Below are positions 12,801 to 32,425 of a stretch of 64,000 nucleotides of DNA, piece by piece; position 1 is the stretch's first letter, and each line of letters opens with the position of its first letter. Made by a program: the position numbers and the translations under genes. This stretch comes from Hydrurus foetidus (Eukaryota): NCBI GenBank assembly GCA_900617105.1, contig UYFQ01000594.1, forward strand, positions 1-64,000, in the 5' to 3' direction. The notes below the pieces were generated by a model. That model ran no database searches and was not told the DNA's origin. It was given only the letters and a program-made list of their open reading frames with translations.

Positions 12801-15800
12801 CCTCATCGTTGTACCTTTTACCCTACCCAAACCCACCCCACACCTCCCCTGTATGCGAATCAATTTCACGCAGAGTCCACAAAACTAACCGTTTAACGAT
12901 GATTTCAAGTTCATTACAGTTTGTTTATCTCACTGAAATGACAACACGTCATCATAAAATGTTATGTGTTGTTGTAGTAATTGTCATGCTACGGACTACA
13001 TCACTTAAAATATTTATCTGCATATCCCCATCACTTTTCATTTTACACTTGAATTCAATATTTTCTTCACTTGTCTTAGACCTCTATCTCATCTTCAATT
13101 TCTTCCCCTCTTTACCTACTTTCTTTATGGTCTCCTTCTCTGCCTACTTCAATCATCTCTACCTCCTTCTAAACCTTCTCACCTTTCTCTACTTTATATC
13201 CTACCTCTTTCTCTACCTCTTTACCTACTTTGTTTAATACCTTCCACCTTGCCTCAATTACCCTGACCTAAATCTCAACTTTATCCCCATATTTCTCTAC
13301 CTCTTCTCTACCTTCTTCTCTACCTCTTTCTCCACCTAGCTGTGGGTGATGTGCCGACAGCGCGTAGTGGCCACAGAATGGTTGTGTGGCGTAATTACAT
13401 TCTTCTTTTCGGAGGTTTCTACGAAGCCTTAAGAGAGGTAGGCGACTTCGTACCCATGTTCTATTTTTAATGTGTTCTGATCTCATGTGATCTATGATTC
13501 ATTTTTATTTTATTTTTTTATTTTTTTAAGCGATATTTATTGCTTTAAAATATTCTAATTTAACCTCTTGATTTCTTCGGCGTCCCTTGTATTGTCAACG
13601 TTGCTTAAGACCGGTTATTTGGCTCTATCTTATCTTTTACCTTTATCTTTTCCTTCATCTTTTAATATCTTACATCATCATGACAATTCTTTGTTATCTC
13701 ACCTAATTTTCTCTATTCTATGTTTTGTCAGGTTCGGTGGTATAACGATGTTTATCTTTACTCCTTTGCCGAAGAAAGATGGACGAACATTCCGTATAAA
13801 CTGCACTCACAAGTAAGCACGCTCAAAATCACGGATTTGAAAATACCCCGAAATATTCATATGAAAATGATCAGCACGTTTTTGACGTATGCAAATTAAA
13901 GTAGATTGAATTGCTCGTATAGTAAATCATTGTACTGATTTAAGCTGTAAAACAGTGATACATCTTATTAGCATCAATGACGAAATACAATAAACAAAAA
14001 AAACTATTTACTTATTTATTTTACTCTTAACTAAAGATACCAAGACAAAGAAGTGGAGTTCAAATGTGTGTAAGCGTAACGGACGATGTTCTGTACGTAC
14101 ACGGAGGTTACTCAAAGGAAAAAGTTTCCGGACAGAAAAAAGAAGGAAAAGTACATGAAGATATGTAAGTCGATTTCATCTGTTTTTTAATGCTTTTCAC
14201 GAAATTTGTTGTATGCCTCGTGAGTTGTTTGAGATTACAATGTGTGTTGTGTTGTATTACACGGTGTCAAATTGTCTTGTATTCCATTTTTAGTAGCAAT
14301 TCTACGTCATAATCTCCTTTCTTCTCTCACTCCTATCATTATCACACTCTCTTTCCCCTTATTCTCTTTTTTCCTTCCTTCCTTCCTTCCTCCCTCCCTC
14401 CCTCCTCCCTCCCTCCCTCCTCCCTCCTCCCTCCTCCCTCCCTCCCTCCTCCCTCCCTCCCTCCCTCCCTCCTCCCTCCCTCCCTCCCCTCCCTCCCTCC
14501 TCCTCCCTCCCTCCTCCCTCCCTCCCTCCCTCCCTCCTCCCTCCTCCATTCTGCTACACCCCCTCGAATCAGGTGGTCATTAAACCTTAAATCGCTATTA
14601 GGAACAGCGGGTAGCGGCACGGCTGGAGGGAGAGTGTGTCTCGATGTGGGCAAAGCAGTGTGGCAAAAGGTACGCTGCAGTGTGGTATAGTATGGTGTAG
14701 TGTTGTGCAGTGTAGTATAGTATAGTATAGTGTAGTGTAGTGTAGTGTAGTGTAGTGTAGTGTAGTGTAGTGTAGTGTAGTGTAGTGTAGTGTAATAGAA
14801 TAGAGTAGAGTAGAGTAGAGTAGTATAGTAGAGAGTAGAGTAGAGTAGAGTAGAGTAGAGTAGAGTAGAGTAGAGTAGAGTGGAGTAGAGTAGAGTAGAG
14901 TAGAGTATTGTATATAATAGTACGACGTAATATGATATGAAACAGTACGGTATAGTACTGTACTGTTCCACATGCGTATTTGGTATTTGATTCCCTCTTA
15001 CCCTAAATTCTCCAGCATTTTGTTGATCATGACCCTAGCGTTATTTTGGTCCTTTTTCGTCTGTAATCTTCTATCCACCAGCCTATTTTTTCTTCCCCCT
15101 TTCTTCTGCTCCATCTCCATCCCTTTCTATCGAATCCCTCTCTCCATACGAATACACATCCCCATCAACTTTTCTTTCTTTTCTCCCTTAAATCTCACAA
15201 CGTCTCTTTTGCTTCACTGCTCTGATTCTCCTTCACTCACTCTATTTATCATTTCCGTGTCACACCACACCACAATTCGCGGTGTAATCCTACCAAACCG
15301 TATCACACTATTCTACGCTGCCCGTAGATAACGAAGAAGGGTCACTTTCCCTCAGCGAGATGTGGCGCTGTGATGACGGTCTACAAGAACAAAGGACTGT
15401 TCTTCGGAGGTGTGCTGGATGACGAAGGTTGGTGAAGAAAAGAAGGGAAGGGAGTAGAGGTGAAGGGAAGGGAACGAAAGAGGAGGAAAGGGAGGAAATC
15501 TTTGGAGAAAAGATCAGCGGAAGAAGGAGAAAAAGGAAGAAGGAAGTCGAAAGGAAGAAGGGGCGGCCGGATTCGATCTATTAATTCTTCTTTCCTATGG
15601 AGAGAAAATGATGGATCAATGTAGGCTTAAAAGGAGAAAAAGATATAGTGAGGGGAAAAAAAAAGATAAAAAAAAAAAATTCGTTATGGATGGAAGTGGG
15701 TTTTTTCGTAGATGAGAATATTTCATTTTTGATTATTTTGAGTGCATACGTTTATACGCTTCAAAGAGTGTGTGATTTTAGTGAGTCGTAATAAAGTAAA

Positions 15801-18711
15801 CAATATTTGAATGGTTGTTGTTATTATAGAGCTATGGGATACGCCTAGCAATGAATCTAATTCTTTTGTCGTATTATTTTTGAAACAATTTTTCCAGACT
15901 TAGTTTCTTAATTTGATTCATCTGATTTTCTGAAATTTTAATCACTTTTTTTGTAAGCAAATACTGTTATTGTTATTTTCTATTATTATCGGGAATACTT
16001 TCATTACTATTCACATTTTAATGATAATGATAATAGTGATAATAATAATGATGATAATAATGATAATGATAATTATAATAATAATATTTAATATTAATAA
16101 TAATATTCAATATTAATAATAATATTAATAATAATATTAATAATAGTAATAATACTAATAATAATGATAATAATGATAATGTAATGATAATGATAATAAT
16201 AATACTAATAACAATAATAATATTATTATTACTATTACTGTTACCGTTATTATAATTGTTCTTGATGTCTCTGTTTTTTCACTCCTACATAAATCACAGA
16301 AAAGCATACTTGTTAGTCATAACTTATCATAAAAATAAACATAATCTGCACTACAAATAAAGTAAATGATTATACTTGATTGAGAGATATCACATTTATT
16401 ACTTTTGCTCTTATTTTAGAATGACGACTCTGAAGGAGAAGTAGAAGATGGAGAAAAAGACGAAAACATTGAAGATGAAAATAAATTAGAGAAAGGAAAT
16501 TTCTTCGGTTATGTTGATGAAAATGGAAATGTGGTTTATGTCGATTTAGAAGAGGAAGATAACATTGTTGTCTTTCCTTCGATTAGCTGCAATAATGGAT
16601 TAATAGATGCAGAAAATAGTGGAATAAATAATGTGGACGGCAAAATTCAAATCGAAATTGAAAATGATGACAACTTGGATAAAGTGGTGAGCGGCAAAAC
16701 AAACGACAGTGGAGATCAAAAAATGGAAATAGTTGATATCAGTATAAATCTAGAATCCGTATCTATATCAATTACGGAAATGCACAACAAAATAACCGAA
16801 TCTGACAAAACCGAAAAATTATCTAAATCCATTCCGTGTAAATTCATTGTTACCCAAACAATCCAAATCCAATTTATCGAAATATTTTATTTTATTTATT
16901 TTATTTATTTTATTTATTTATTTATTTTATTTTGTTTATTTTATTTTATTTATTTTGTTTATTTATTTTATTTATTTTGTTTATTTTGTTTTATTTTGTT
17001 TTGTTTTGTTTTGTTTTATTTTATTTATTTTATTTTATTTTATTTTATTTTATTTATTTTATTTTATTTTTTTTTGTTTTTTCCTTTATTTTATTTTATT
17101 TTTACATTTTATTTTGTTTATTTTGTTTATTTTATTTATTTTGTTTTGTTTTGTTTGTTTTGTTTGTTTTATTTATTTGTTTTGTTTGTTTGTTGTGTTG
17201 TGTTGTGTTTGTGTTGTGTTGTGTTGTGTTGTGTTGTGTTGTGTTGTGTTGTGTTGTGTTGTGTTGTGTTGTGTTGTGTTGTGTTGTGTTGTGTTGTGTT
17301 GTGTTGTGTTGTGTTGTGTTGTGTTTTTTTTTCGTTTTTTTTTTATAATCGTATGTGACATAGATCAATAACACATATTATCGTAACACATGCTATCAAC
17401 ACTACTACATTATTAAACGCTCTATTCATAAGGTGAAAGGCAACACTTTATACATATACGGGGGAATGACGGAACTAGGAGATATTGAAGTTACGCTAGA
17501 CGACTGCTGGTGCGATACTACCCAGACCTGAGTCGAATTCCATGTTATTAGAATTATTCTCTGTTATGTTATCTTATCTTATATTTATCTTATGTTATCT
17601 TCTCTGTCTTATCTTATCTTATCTTATCTTATCTTATCTTATCTTATCTTATCTTATCTTATCTTATCTTATCTTATCTTATCTTATCTTATCTTATCTT
17701 ATCTTATCTTATCTTATCTTATCTTATCTTATCTTATCTTATCTTATCTTATCTTATCTTCTATGTCTTCTCTTAAAGCCATTTCATTTCTAATTTATGG
17801 TATTATACGTTTTTCCATTTATTTTCTTATGCACATTTTCAACTTATTGTCTGTTCATAAATTAGATAATAATTGTCTTCTGGAAATTCTATGTGTCATC
17901 TGTTATTCTATCGTTTATTAATTTATTTGATGATTATGTAATTGGTGTAATCCTAATCTATTTATTGATTATTTAATTTATTCATATATTTATTTATATT
18001 TTACTCGCTGTTAGGGCACTCGATTTGAATAAAAGAGACACATGGAAAAAGGTAAAAAATCGTGCAGAAAGTTTTGCTGCTAACGACCACAGAAATGGAA
18101 GTGTGCACCATGATATGATGTAATGTGTGTTGAGCGGAGTATGTTCGAGAATGCTTTTCATCGATAGATAACAGCTGATAAAAATGAATCGAAATCATTA
18201 TGGATGGAAATAGCACAATATTTCAGATTTCAATTTTCAAGATACAATACTTCGCATCCTAGAATTGTATACTAAATATTAAGATATTTGTACTAAACAG
18301 GTTTTGCAAGGCACCATGCACAATCTGGTGTGGAAGGGAGAAGACATGGACACCTGCACAGAGGGATCGGTAAATAAGAAATATTGTGTATCTTGTTAAT
18401 ACTGTTACGGAATATGTTGTTATTGGCTGAAGTGAGCACATGAAAAAAGGAAATTGCAAGTGTGTATACGTGTATGTGTGTGGATTGATAAATAAACTCA
18501 TCAGTATTTTATTTAATAATATAATCTAAACAAAGCATTACTGTTCTGACTAGAGGAGGTAAACAGCATTGCTTGAAGCTTAACAAACTAAATTAAGCAA
18601 CATTATACTGAATTAAATACCATATACTAAGAAACACTATTAGTATTACTCTCATTGTTATTATTATTATTATTATCATTATTATCATTATCATCATTAT
18701 TATCATTATTA

Positions 18712-18779
<68 letters not shown>

Positions 18780-21078
18780 TTTATTATCATTATTATCATT
18801 ATCATCATTATTATTATTATTATTATCATTATTATTATCATTATTATTATCATTATTATTATCATTATCGATTCGGCTTATAGAAGTAAACCGTCGAGTA
18901 TGTTTACGATAGAGGGAATTGTGTGTGTTTATGTCGGTAATGAAGCAACATTATGTTGTCTTCAATATTCATTTTATCTACATAACAATTGTGTTGACGC
19001 CGATACAAAAACCTCACTAGAAAATTGTGTTCTAGATGAAACAGAAAAATATAATTAAAATTCCACATTTTTATTTCAAAAAGTAAATATGAATGAATGT
19101 AGTACTAAATATCGTTACTCAGGGATCAGACGGGAGTGACAGTGATGACGATAGCGATGATGATGACAGTGACGATGATGAGGAGGAGGAGGAGGAAGGA
19201 GAGGGCGATGAAGGAGAATGTAAGTATGCGATCGATTATATTTTGTTTCATTTTTTCCAATTAATTTTATTTGGTATTGTTGTCTTTTATTCATTGTCTT
19301 GCGTTTTATCTATCTTTGTTGATAACTTTATTATCATTCGGTCCAACTTGGTCTTTTCGCTTTTATTTTTAGCTACTTACATCCATGACTTATTAAAATT
19401 TCAAACCTGATTTGAATCAGATTACAAAACTTGTCTGTCTCTCGAAAGAAGAGTGCAGGAAGTTATTGTCTGGCACGTGTATCTTGTTTCGCATCGTTTA
19501 TCTGTCCTCATTAAGCTCAGTAGAAATCCTCACAGTCGCCATGATCTTAATCACCATCTAATTTATGTACACCAGCATCAAAAGTCTCGAATCTGAAGTC
19601 CAAGGCCTCCTCTACTCAGAAGAGGAGGGTGGGTGGAATGTCGTCAGGAGCAATGGGAACGCTGCGGTACGTACGTGTTAATTCGTGTGTTCGTGTTTTA
19701 GTAACGCTCGTATGAATGTATGTACGCGTATATGTACGTGTGATATGGTGATGGTGTGGAAATGTGTTTCAAGTGCAACACTTTCTATCATCTTTTTTCA
19801 CCTCCGACTCGCACTTCTATTCCCTTTCCCTTTCCCTTTCCCTCTCCCTTTTTTTTCCATTTCTCATTCTCTTTCCCTTCCCCTTCTCCTTCCCCTCTAC
19901 CCTTTCCTTTCTCTCCCCTTTCCTTTCTCTCTCCTCTCCCAGCGATGAGATAGAGGGTCTTCGAAATCATCTAGGAGTCACGGATGAAAACAGAACACCC
20001 CTAGGCGGAGAAAGTCTCAGGCAATTCTACAGGTCACAAGCACTCATATTCAGTGTTACATTCATCTAAAACGTTTTCCTTTTTCCTTTTCTTTTTTCTG
20101 TGTCTTTTGTTCTTATCACTAATATATTGTGCGGTATTCATTTGAAATATTTTTTGATCGAGAGATATAGTTCTTCCTCAATTTTTGTGTTCTTGTCTGT
20201 ACGTTTTGTATGAGGTACAAGTGTGCCTTATTCATGACTAATACAGATAATTTACTAGTTACATCTTATTCATTTTATACTGCGTTCATTTATTTCTCAT
20301 CTAAAATTAAAGTTCCTCTTTATCCATACTAATTTTCTTCAACACAAAATTACCACATTTTTTATTTTACCATTTTATTGTTTTTAAATTTTCGTACGTT
20401 CACAGTCGTACAGTTGGATTTTGGTCTTCGGAAATTATCCGGTTGTGGAAAGAAGATGAGGTGAAGAAAATGCTGCTGCATTTACAGTTTTTCAGTCATA
20501 CGAAAGTTGAAATTACAATTCAAGCATCTGCAGAAAATTTGCAGCATTTTTTGTAGCATTTTTTATTTGCATTTACTTACGTTGCATTTGCCTCTATCCA
20601 TTTTTACATTTACATATACAATGCCATTCACATTTCTTGCATATATTTTCACATTTTTTTAAAGGCGAGTGGACGTGTCTCTCAAGGCGAAATAATGAGC
20701 GAAAAAGAGATAAAAAGAAAAGGATTTCTTCTGTCAGAAGAAAGGTACGAATGTATCACAATATAGTACGACATAAGCAATCATGGTAGTGTTGATATAG
20801 TGCGTCAGTAATGCTATGAATTATGACACTACAGAGTTCAGCAAAAATTGAAAATTATTAATGTTACTTGTGCAACTTCAGTTCAGCGTAACGTTTTTTT
20901 CCTATCACTCTCCTTGCTATAACAAATATCTGATAAACGTAATTCTGTGTTTAGGTACAATGAGCTTTTACCGATTTTGGCACGGCTAACGGAATTAGAG
21001 AAAGAGCAAGAGGAAGAGGAAGAAAAAAGAGAAAGTAAAGGGGACAAGGGAAAAAGTAGCGGGACAAAAAGAAGATAA
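9887..21078 (+). CDS. KLHDC4: Kelch-repeat protein with C-terminal DUF4110 (KLHDC4/Kel3 family), about 19 exons
   Basis: Exons read MGKKDGK..DDIEMMIAE / PSPRSNFSMTALP / MLMFGGEFCDG..FNELYRW / PSPRCSHQAV..VFGGEY / PTARSGHRMVVW..LFGGFY / YVHGGYSK / PSARCG..FFGGV / LYIYGG..TLDDCW / TPLGGESLRQFY-RT..W / KRKGFLLSEER-YNELLP..GTKRR*, with GT-AG borders. Exon limits are approximate. Confidence 0.9.
12297..12486. repeat. Intronic degenerate (GTGTA/GTGAT/GGGTA)n pentanucleotide repeats
   Basis: Visible directly after the donor at ~12288. Confidence 0.85.
14371..14547. repeat. Intronic (CCT/CCCT)n tract
   Basis: Pure C/T tract before the acceptor at ~14572. Confidence 0.95.
14678..14907. repeat. Intronic (GTGTA)n-(GAGTA)n microsatellite
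   Basis: Visible directly. Confidence 0.95.
16883..17323. repeat. Intronic (TTTTA/TTTTG)n followed by (TTGTG)n
   Basis: Visible directly. It explains the FILF/VLCC ORF-track artefacts. Confidence 0.95.
17608..17760. repeat. Intronic (ATCTT)n microsatellite
   Basis: About 30 perfect units. Confidence 0.97.
18653..18868. repeat. Intronic (ATT/ATC)n microsatellite
   Basis: Visible directly. Confidence 0.95.
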
Positions 21079-21654
21079 AAAACTACGTATTGACACACTA
21101 TTCTTTTTGAATTATTTTATGTGTTATACGGAACATCACTATATCGTCTTTATTTGTTGTAGTTAATGAAGTGTACAGTATCTTTTTTTCGTGGTCTTGT
21201 AATAGATTTTCATTGCCTTCAGAAAATTAAGCCATCACACTTAATTTCGAAGGTTCCTTGACCAGCGAGTTCACTTATCATACGGTCTATTGTAGGCAAC
21301 CGCATCATCTGTTGTAACACATGTTTGATGAGAGTATCCAGTTATGAAAACGATAACCTCGTTCAACTTTGTCGGAAACATGATATATGCGGGAACCGGT
21401 AACCGGATAGTTACGACACTCACGACGTACGGCGTACGGTACCGAACGATATCGTTTCCTTGATAGGAATGTCGAGTACAGAGTACAGCGATCTTCAATC
21501 TCTTACATCAGCGTGATAAAAATACTGTTCCTCTAGGTGAGGGTAGAGAGGAGAATTTCATGCGACCAACAGTCGTCTATCTCGAGTAAATGGCGGCTTG
21601 GTCGAAAATTCAGTAGCAGGTTTTGTATTTTTTGTGTCAAAAATCAATTGGAAA

Positions 21655-27146
<5,492 letters not shown>

Positions 27147-27711
27147 TATTAGTTGTTCCGTTTATTTCTTTTTTCTTCTCCTGTAAATAATCTTTCTGTT
27201 CATAACTCAGATTCTAATTTTAATGCTCCTTTTTATTTAAAATATCCATCAGCGAATCGTCACAATGAAGCGTAAAATATGAACTGCTTACGATATCAAG
27301 TTTATGATGTCACAACACAATGGAATGGGTCGCTACACATATCTGAATAAGCAGCAGAACAACCACAAGTCACCTCGAATCTCGAATAGAGATTGAACCT
27401 TTCTCAGGAGCATCGCAAATTGAATATCTACGTATATAGCAATAGACTCAAACGATATTTTTTTGTGACGTACAAAAAGTTTGCGTCATCAGATTAGACT
27501 ACGCACATTTCGCAGGATACAGAAATCAGAATAAGCCCGGATGTGTCCGGTAGACCCGGGTAGACTCGGTAAACTCTTTATCTTATATTCTGAGAGGTTG
27601 CGGCTTGAGTTGTGAGTGAGTTATGACCTAGAGTAGACAATTCTACTACTTCTTCAAACGATCAAGACTTGAGGCCAAAACAATCTCGCCAGCTAGGAGA
27701 AAAGACTCCAT

Positions 27712-28104
27712 ATGATTGCATTTCCGGCATTTAGGAGCTTCACGGCTTCTTTAACGACTGCCAGTCGTATTATCCAATTTCGAGTTCAACATCAAGCTCT
27801 CGCCCCTCAAAATGTGCTCGTGTATGAAAGAGTACTGGCATCGCTTACAAAATGCAACGCTGTCGCAAAAATCAGTTTTTTGAATCAGCTTCGTTTTGTC
27901 CCAGGAATCGCAAAGAATTATTTTTTCGGCTCTGCTCGTAGTGTCGCAGGAGTAGTATCAACAGAGCAGTCAACAGACTCTACTCTAGACGAAGCAATTT
28001 TGCTGAGCAGTACGATTAAGAAGAGAAGAATGAAGATGAACAAGCATAAACTCAGGAAGAGGAAGAAGGCCCTTAGAATGAACACTAAAGTTTCGAGAGG
28101 ATAA
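27712..28104 (+). CDS. Mitochondrial ribosomal protein mS38 / Cox24 / AURKAIP1 family (DUF1713)
   Basis: C-terminal SSTIKKRRMKMNKHKLRKRKKALR motif, transit-peptide-like N-terminus, single exon. Confidence 0.85.
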   Translation: MIAFPAFRSFTASLTTASRIIQFRVQHQALAPQNVLVYERVLASLTKCNAVAKISFLNQLRFVPGIAKNYFFGSARSVAGVVSTEQSTDSTLDEAILLSSTIKKRRMKMNKHKLRKRKKALRMNTKVSRG

Positions 28105-30138
28105 TATGTTTCAGCATACGTTACTGATTACGATATTTTGGTGATGCATGATTGACAGAATTTTTTGACAATCTCAAGAGTTCTATCATTTGCAGTTTGT
28201 CCAGCATCGCTCGTTAATTCTTGGGATCGACATTTGCTTCTATTTCAGTGACTATTCTGTCCGTAAATTTCTCATCTAAAATTTGCCATCATTATTCTCG
28301 TCGTGAAGATGTAACATTAAAAGAAAAATTGTGTATCGCCCTCAGACTTTACTGCTGTCCTTTTTACTACTAGTTATTCCAGGAACAATTAATGGCAACT
28401 AACTCTCATACAGTTTGTTGATACTGAGATGAAGTGGAGATTATTCATAGACATGTATCATGTTGAAGCCGCAGTAAGTACATGCGGCTTCATTGAACTC
28501 AGTATTAAGTCCAAGTCCATTTCCGATTTGAGGATAAGCCCCTGAAAGTCAATTGATGACAAACAATCAATAGTTTTAGAAATCAAGTCGGATAGGCAAA
28601 CAGACAGAGGCATAGATAGACAGACAGGAAGGGAAGGGAAGAAAGACATCTCACAGAATGAGAATACTCCAAATGCTTCATTATGTCGTCCCGAATATTC
28701 AAACTCCACTTACTGAAATGAGGAGAAATTCAAGCAAGAATTGCGATTGAGATTTGACATGAAAGAAAATCACTGTGTGTGAAATATGACTGCGCAGAAT
28801 TACTTCGAAGGAGGTTTAATTTTGTATTCCGCCTGTCTGACCGAAATCAAGTTCAAATAATTGTGCATCATGTCCCATGTGTAAATCATGTAATTGTACG
28901 AGTAATCGTAAGTCCATTTAAACATTTAACGATTCCTGGTATATTTTCGTCATTATCGAAGAATTGTTATTTTCACAATTATCTGAGTCGATGCAAATTT
29001 TGTTGCAACATTTAATTCAAAGTTGTTGAAATCGATGCCCATTATGGCTAGATAATTATGTGGGCAGCAAAATACAGAGGTGCAAAATTTCATCAAGTCA
29101 TGCAGCAGATACTTTCATTTTAGTTTTCACTGAGAATATGAGTGACAGATAGTTGTTCTACTGTTCCTCGGACCGTACGTACGCGATATACGATATTGCT
29201 CATCTTAACTTGCATTTGTAACATGCAGTGCGTACTCATTTATTATTTTGCACGATCAAGACACAGGTAGCAGAAAGTACTTATATTGATAGACACTTAG
29301 ACAGCGATGCGATAATGACCAATTGTGAATCACACCGAACAAGAATGATTTTAAAAATATCTTTTGTTTTAAAAAGTTGATTTGAAGTCGAGTGAAACTA
29401 CGAACAACTGACGTCATCTTTCAGGAAAAACTGAAAACCGTACGGTCCTTTTGTACATAACAGAAGACTGTTTTTGTACGTGCGGAATCAAGAGGTCTGG
29501 AATCCTAAACTCAACGGTGCTAAACCTGATACCGGATAACCTATTTGACCTTTTGGACCTCTTCTGTACCGTAACAACGGAACAAATAAAAAATTGACAA
29601 CCCACCCTCCGAACTTCCGAACCAGCCACTCAGAATTCTTCGCATTGAATTATTGCGGATCCCAGTTCCTTCCCGGTGAGATCATACGCAACGTTTGAAA
29701 ATTCTGGAGATTTGAGTGGGAAAAAATGTCAGATCGTTCTGGGTACTCTTTCTTTCGATTTGGCATCGCGTCGATTGTTCAATATCTTTGACCATGAAGA
29801 GCTCCTCATCACTGTCGCCTTCAAAGCAAATGTCAAGGGTTCGCTCAAGAACTCTGTCATGCTGATTGCTCTGCGACATCTACAGCGTATCTGAGGCGGG
29901 TGCGATAGTTTAGCGGCGAGACATTATCAATTTCTGCCGGACTTCATCAGACAGGTGAAACTAATCGCCGCCAAATATTTCGATAGAAACTTCTTAATAG
30001 AATTGCTCCACTTTTTTTTCAGTAATTACTCCTCGATAAGACCTGCTCCTAGTTTCTTATAAACGGGGCTGATCTCATAGTTGGACGAACTTCTGACATA
30101 ATACGTCATTAATTGCGACCCAGCATTCCTCATTGAAG

Positions 30139-32425
30139 ATGGGAAACGTCTTCGCGCCGAACACTTTCACTCCGAACGACTGCTTTCCCGGGCAGTCAGG
30201 ATCAGTCATTCCGATGTGCCTCGAATTAGGATACCAACGAAAGGATATCGATAGAATGTACAGGTGAGGTGCCGTCCAGTGCTGATGAGTTTCATGCACA
30301 TTTGGCCACTCATACATTTTGAAAGAAATACCCTCTGCCACTGCTTATTTTCCGCCTTCCGCAATTTCATTCCAGAGTTTTCAATAAATTTGACACTAAT
30401 AGAGATGGATTGATCGGCATTGAAATGGTACGTCGTTATTTTATCCTGCGAATGTTTTTAAGAATCTTGCTAAGAACGTTATTAGGAGTAATGTTCTTGG
30501 AAGCGTCCACCTGGAAATAATGCTCTACTCACGACTGCTCTTGAAAAAATTACTGAAGACAATTTACTAGCAGAAGAATATTGGTGCCGCACTCACAGTG
30601 ACAATTGGACAAATGAAATGTATAGCAGTATCATAAACAGAATGCCCAATAATATTATCTCTTTTATGCATCTCTGACCCAACAACCAACAAAATGAAAC
30701 AAACGAAATGAAACGAAACGGAATAAAATGAAACCCCTGACGCAACAAAATTCACATACCACCTCTTCTTCACCTCACATTACCTCACCTCATCCTACCT
30801 CACCTTATTGCATACGTCACAGTTTCTGCACACAAAATGGAGCAAGGATTTTGGCCGTATGCTCTACGCCATATTTGACGAGGACCAATCAGAAACGGTT
30901 AATTTTGAAGAATTTTTGGTGGCTAGTTATCTTTCCTGCAGGTGAAGACATACTTCGCACGTATATGATTTGGTTTACGCATTGTGAATGTCTCCAAAAA
31001 TTTGCTGACGAACGAATTTTTCTCCCACTGCATCTGGTTTTTGCGAAGCTCTTCAGCAGTAAATTCTTCAAGCATTGTGATGCGACAATACTCTTGTATT
31101 CCCAATACGCCTTGCCTTTCTTCATAGACACTTCAAATTCAGTGATCGATGTCGTCAAATTGGAGCACCATGGTGCGCATACTCACGTCTACGATTCTTC
31201 GAAACACCCCTATTTATACTCTCACATTTTCTAACCTCTTAATACCTCTCCAAATACCTCCCCATCTATCTACTTTCAGTTTTTCCAGCACGTCACTATT
31301 CGTGTTTGCCCTTCGTGTGCACGATCGTCACCATCGGGAAAATCTGTCAGGCAGCGTTATCAAGTTTTTGATAAATTTAATTTGGGGTGTCACGCCACGC
31401 ATGTACTTGTAAGTTGTTTAATTATTTTTATTTGAAATGCTCATCAATTGATATAACTGCAAGTTTTAACCACAATTATTTTATTTTTTGCTAACATTTC
31501 ATTCACGTCTCAGTTCTCGATTATAGTTACTTGACATCAATTGTGTACGACATGTTTCATTCACCAATTTATTGAAACCACCGTGCATCTCATTTTTCCA
31601 TTTATCGTTTACCATTATTAAAAGTACTTATAAACACTTTTTCGTATTTTTTCAGGAATATTTTCCGTGATTTACAGAGCAGAATTGATAAATCAAATGA
31701 CGGGAATCTTACATTGCCAGAATTCATTTCTTTTCTGAAAGCATTTCCCAAGTGTCTTCTACCGCTTAACAGATACCAACATGAACTACGTTCTAAAACA
31801 CTTGGTAAGATTATTATACTTATGACCGCAATTTTTTATCATTTATTTTATTAACATTTTTCAGTGTCATGTTTTCTTGTGTGTATTTTACTGCGCGTAT
31901 TTTTCGACGTGAATTTTGCTTTGCGTATTTTCAAGTCGTATTTGATTCACATTTACCACACTATCATGCACGCAAAGTAAGCATGTCTAATGTACTCCAC
32001 AATTACACCAACTTCGTTTTCAATTATTTTTCTAGGACTAAAAAGTTGGGCTAAAATAACGGAAAGGAGAGGAGTGTCATACGGAAATAAAATTTTGATG
32101 AACATTTTACTAAACTTAAAAAACAAACCAGAAGCGTTGAAGAAAGGTGAGGAAATATTATTGTGTTCAATCACGCTACTTTTGTCTTCTACGTTACATT
32201 ACTAATTCATTACTCGCCTATTTCATAATAATTACTTCTGCACTATCTGTCATGGATTCCCTATTTCGCCTTCTTTTTTCTTATTTTTTTCTTTCTTTCC
32301 TCTCAGGTTTCAGTGGAGAAGATTTGATGAGAAGAGTTCTGAACTTTCAAAAATTTTTGAAAAATGAATGGATTTTGAAAAAATTCGATCCAGAAGCTTC
32401 TTTCCGCCAAGAATCAACTTCCTAG
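30139..32425 (+). CDS. N-myristoylated EF-hand calcium-binding protein (calcineurin-B/recoverin-like), multi-exon
   Basis: MGNVFAP..KDIDRMYR | VFNKFDTNRDGLIG | FGRMLYAIFDEDQSETVNFEEFL | .. | IDKSNDGNLTLPEFISFLKAFP..ELRSKTLG | LKSWAKITERR | ..RQESTS*. Three clear EF loops; middle exon borders are uncertain. Confidence 0.7.

Noticed and set aside
14242..18912. ORF-track proteins such as YSTLL, VLCC, LSYLI and poly-I/L
   Set aside because: Translations of intronic microsatellites.
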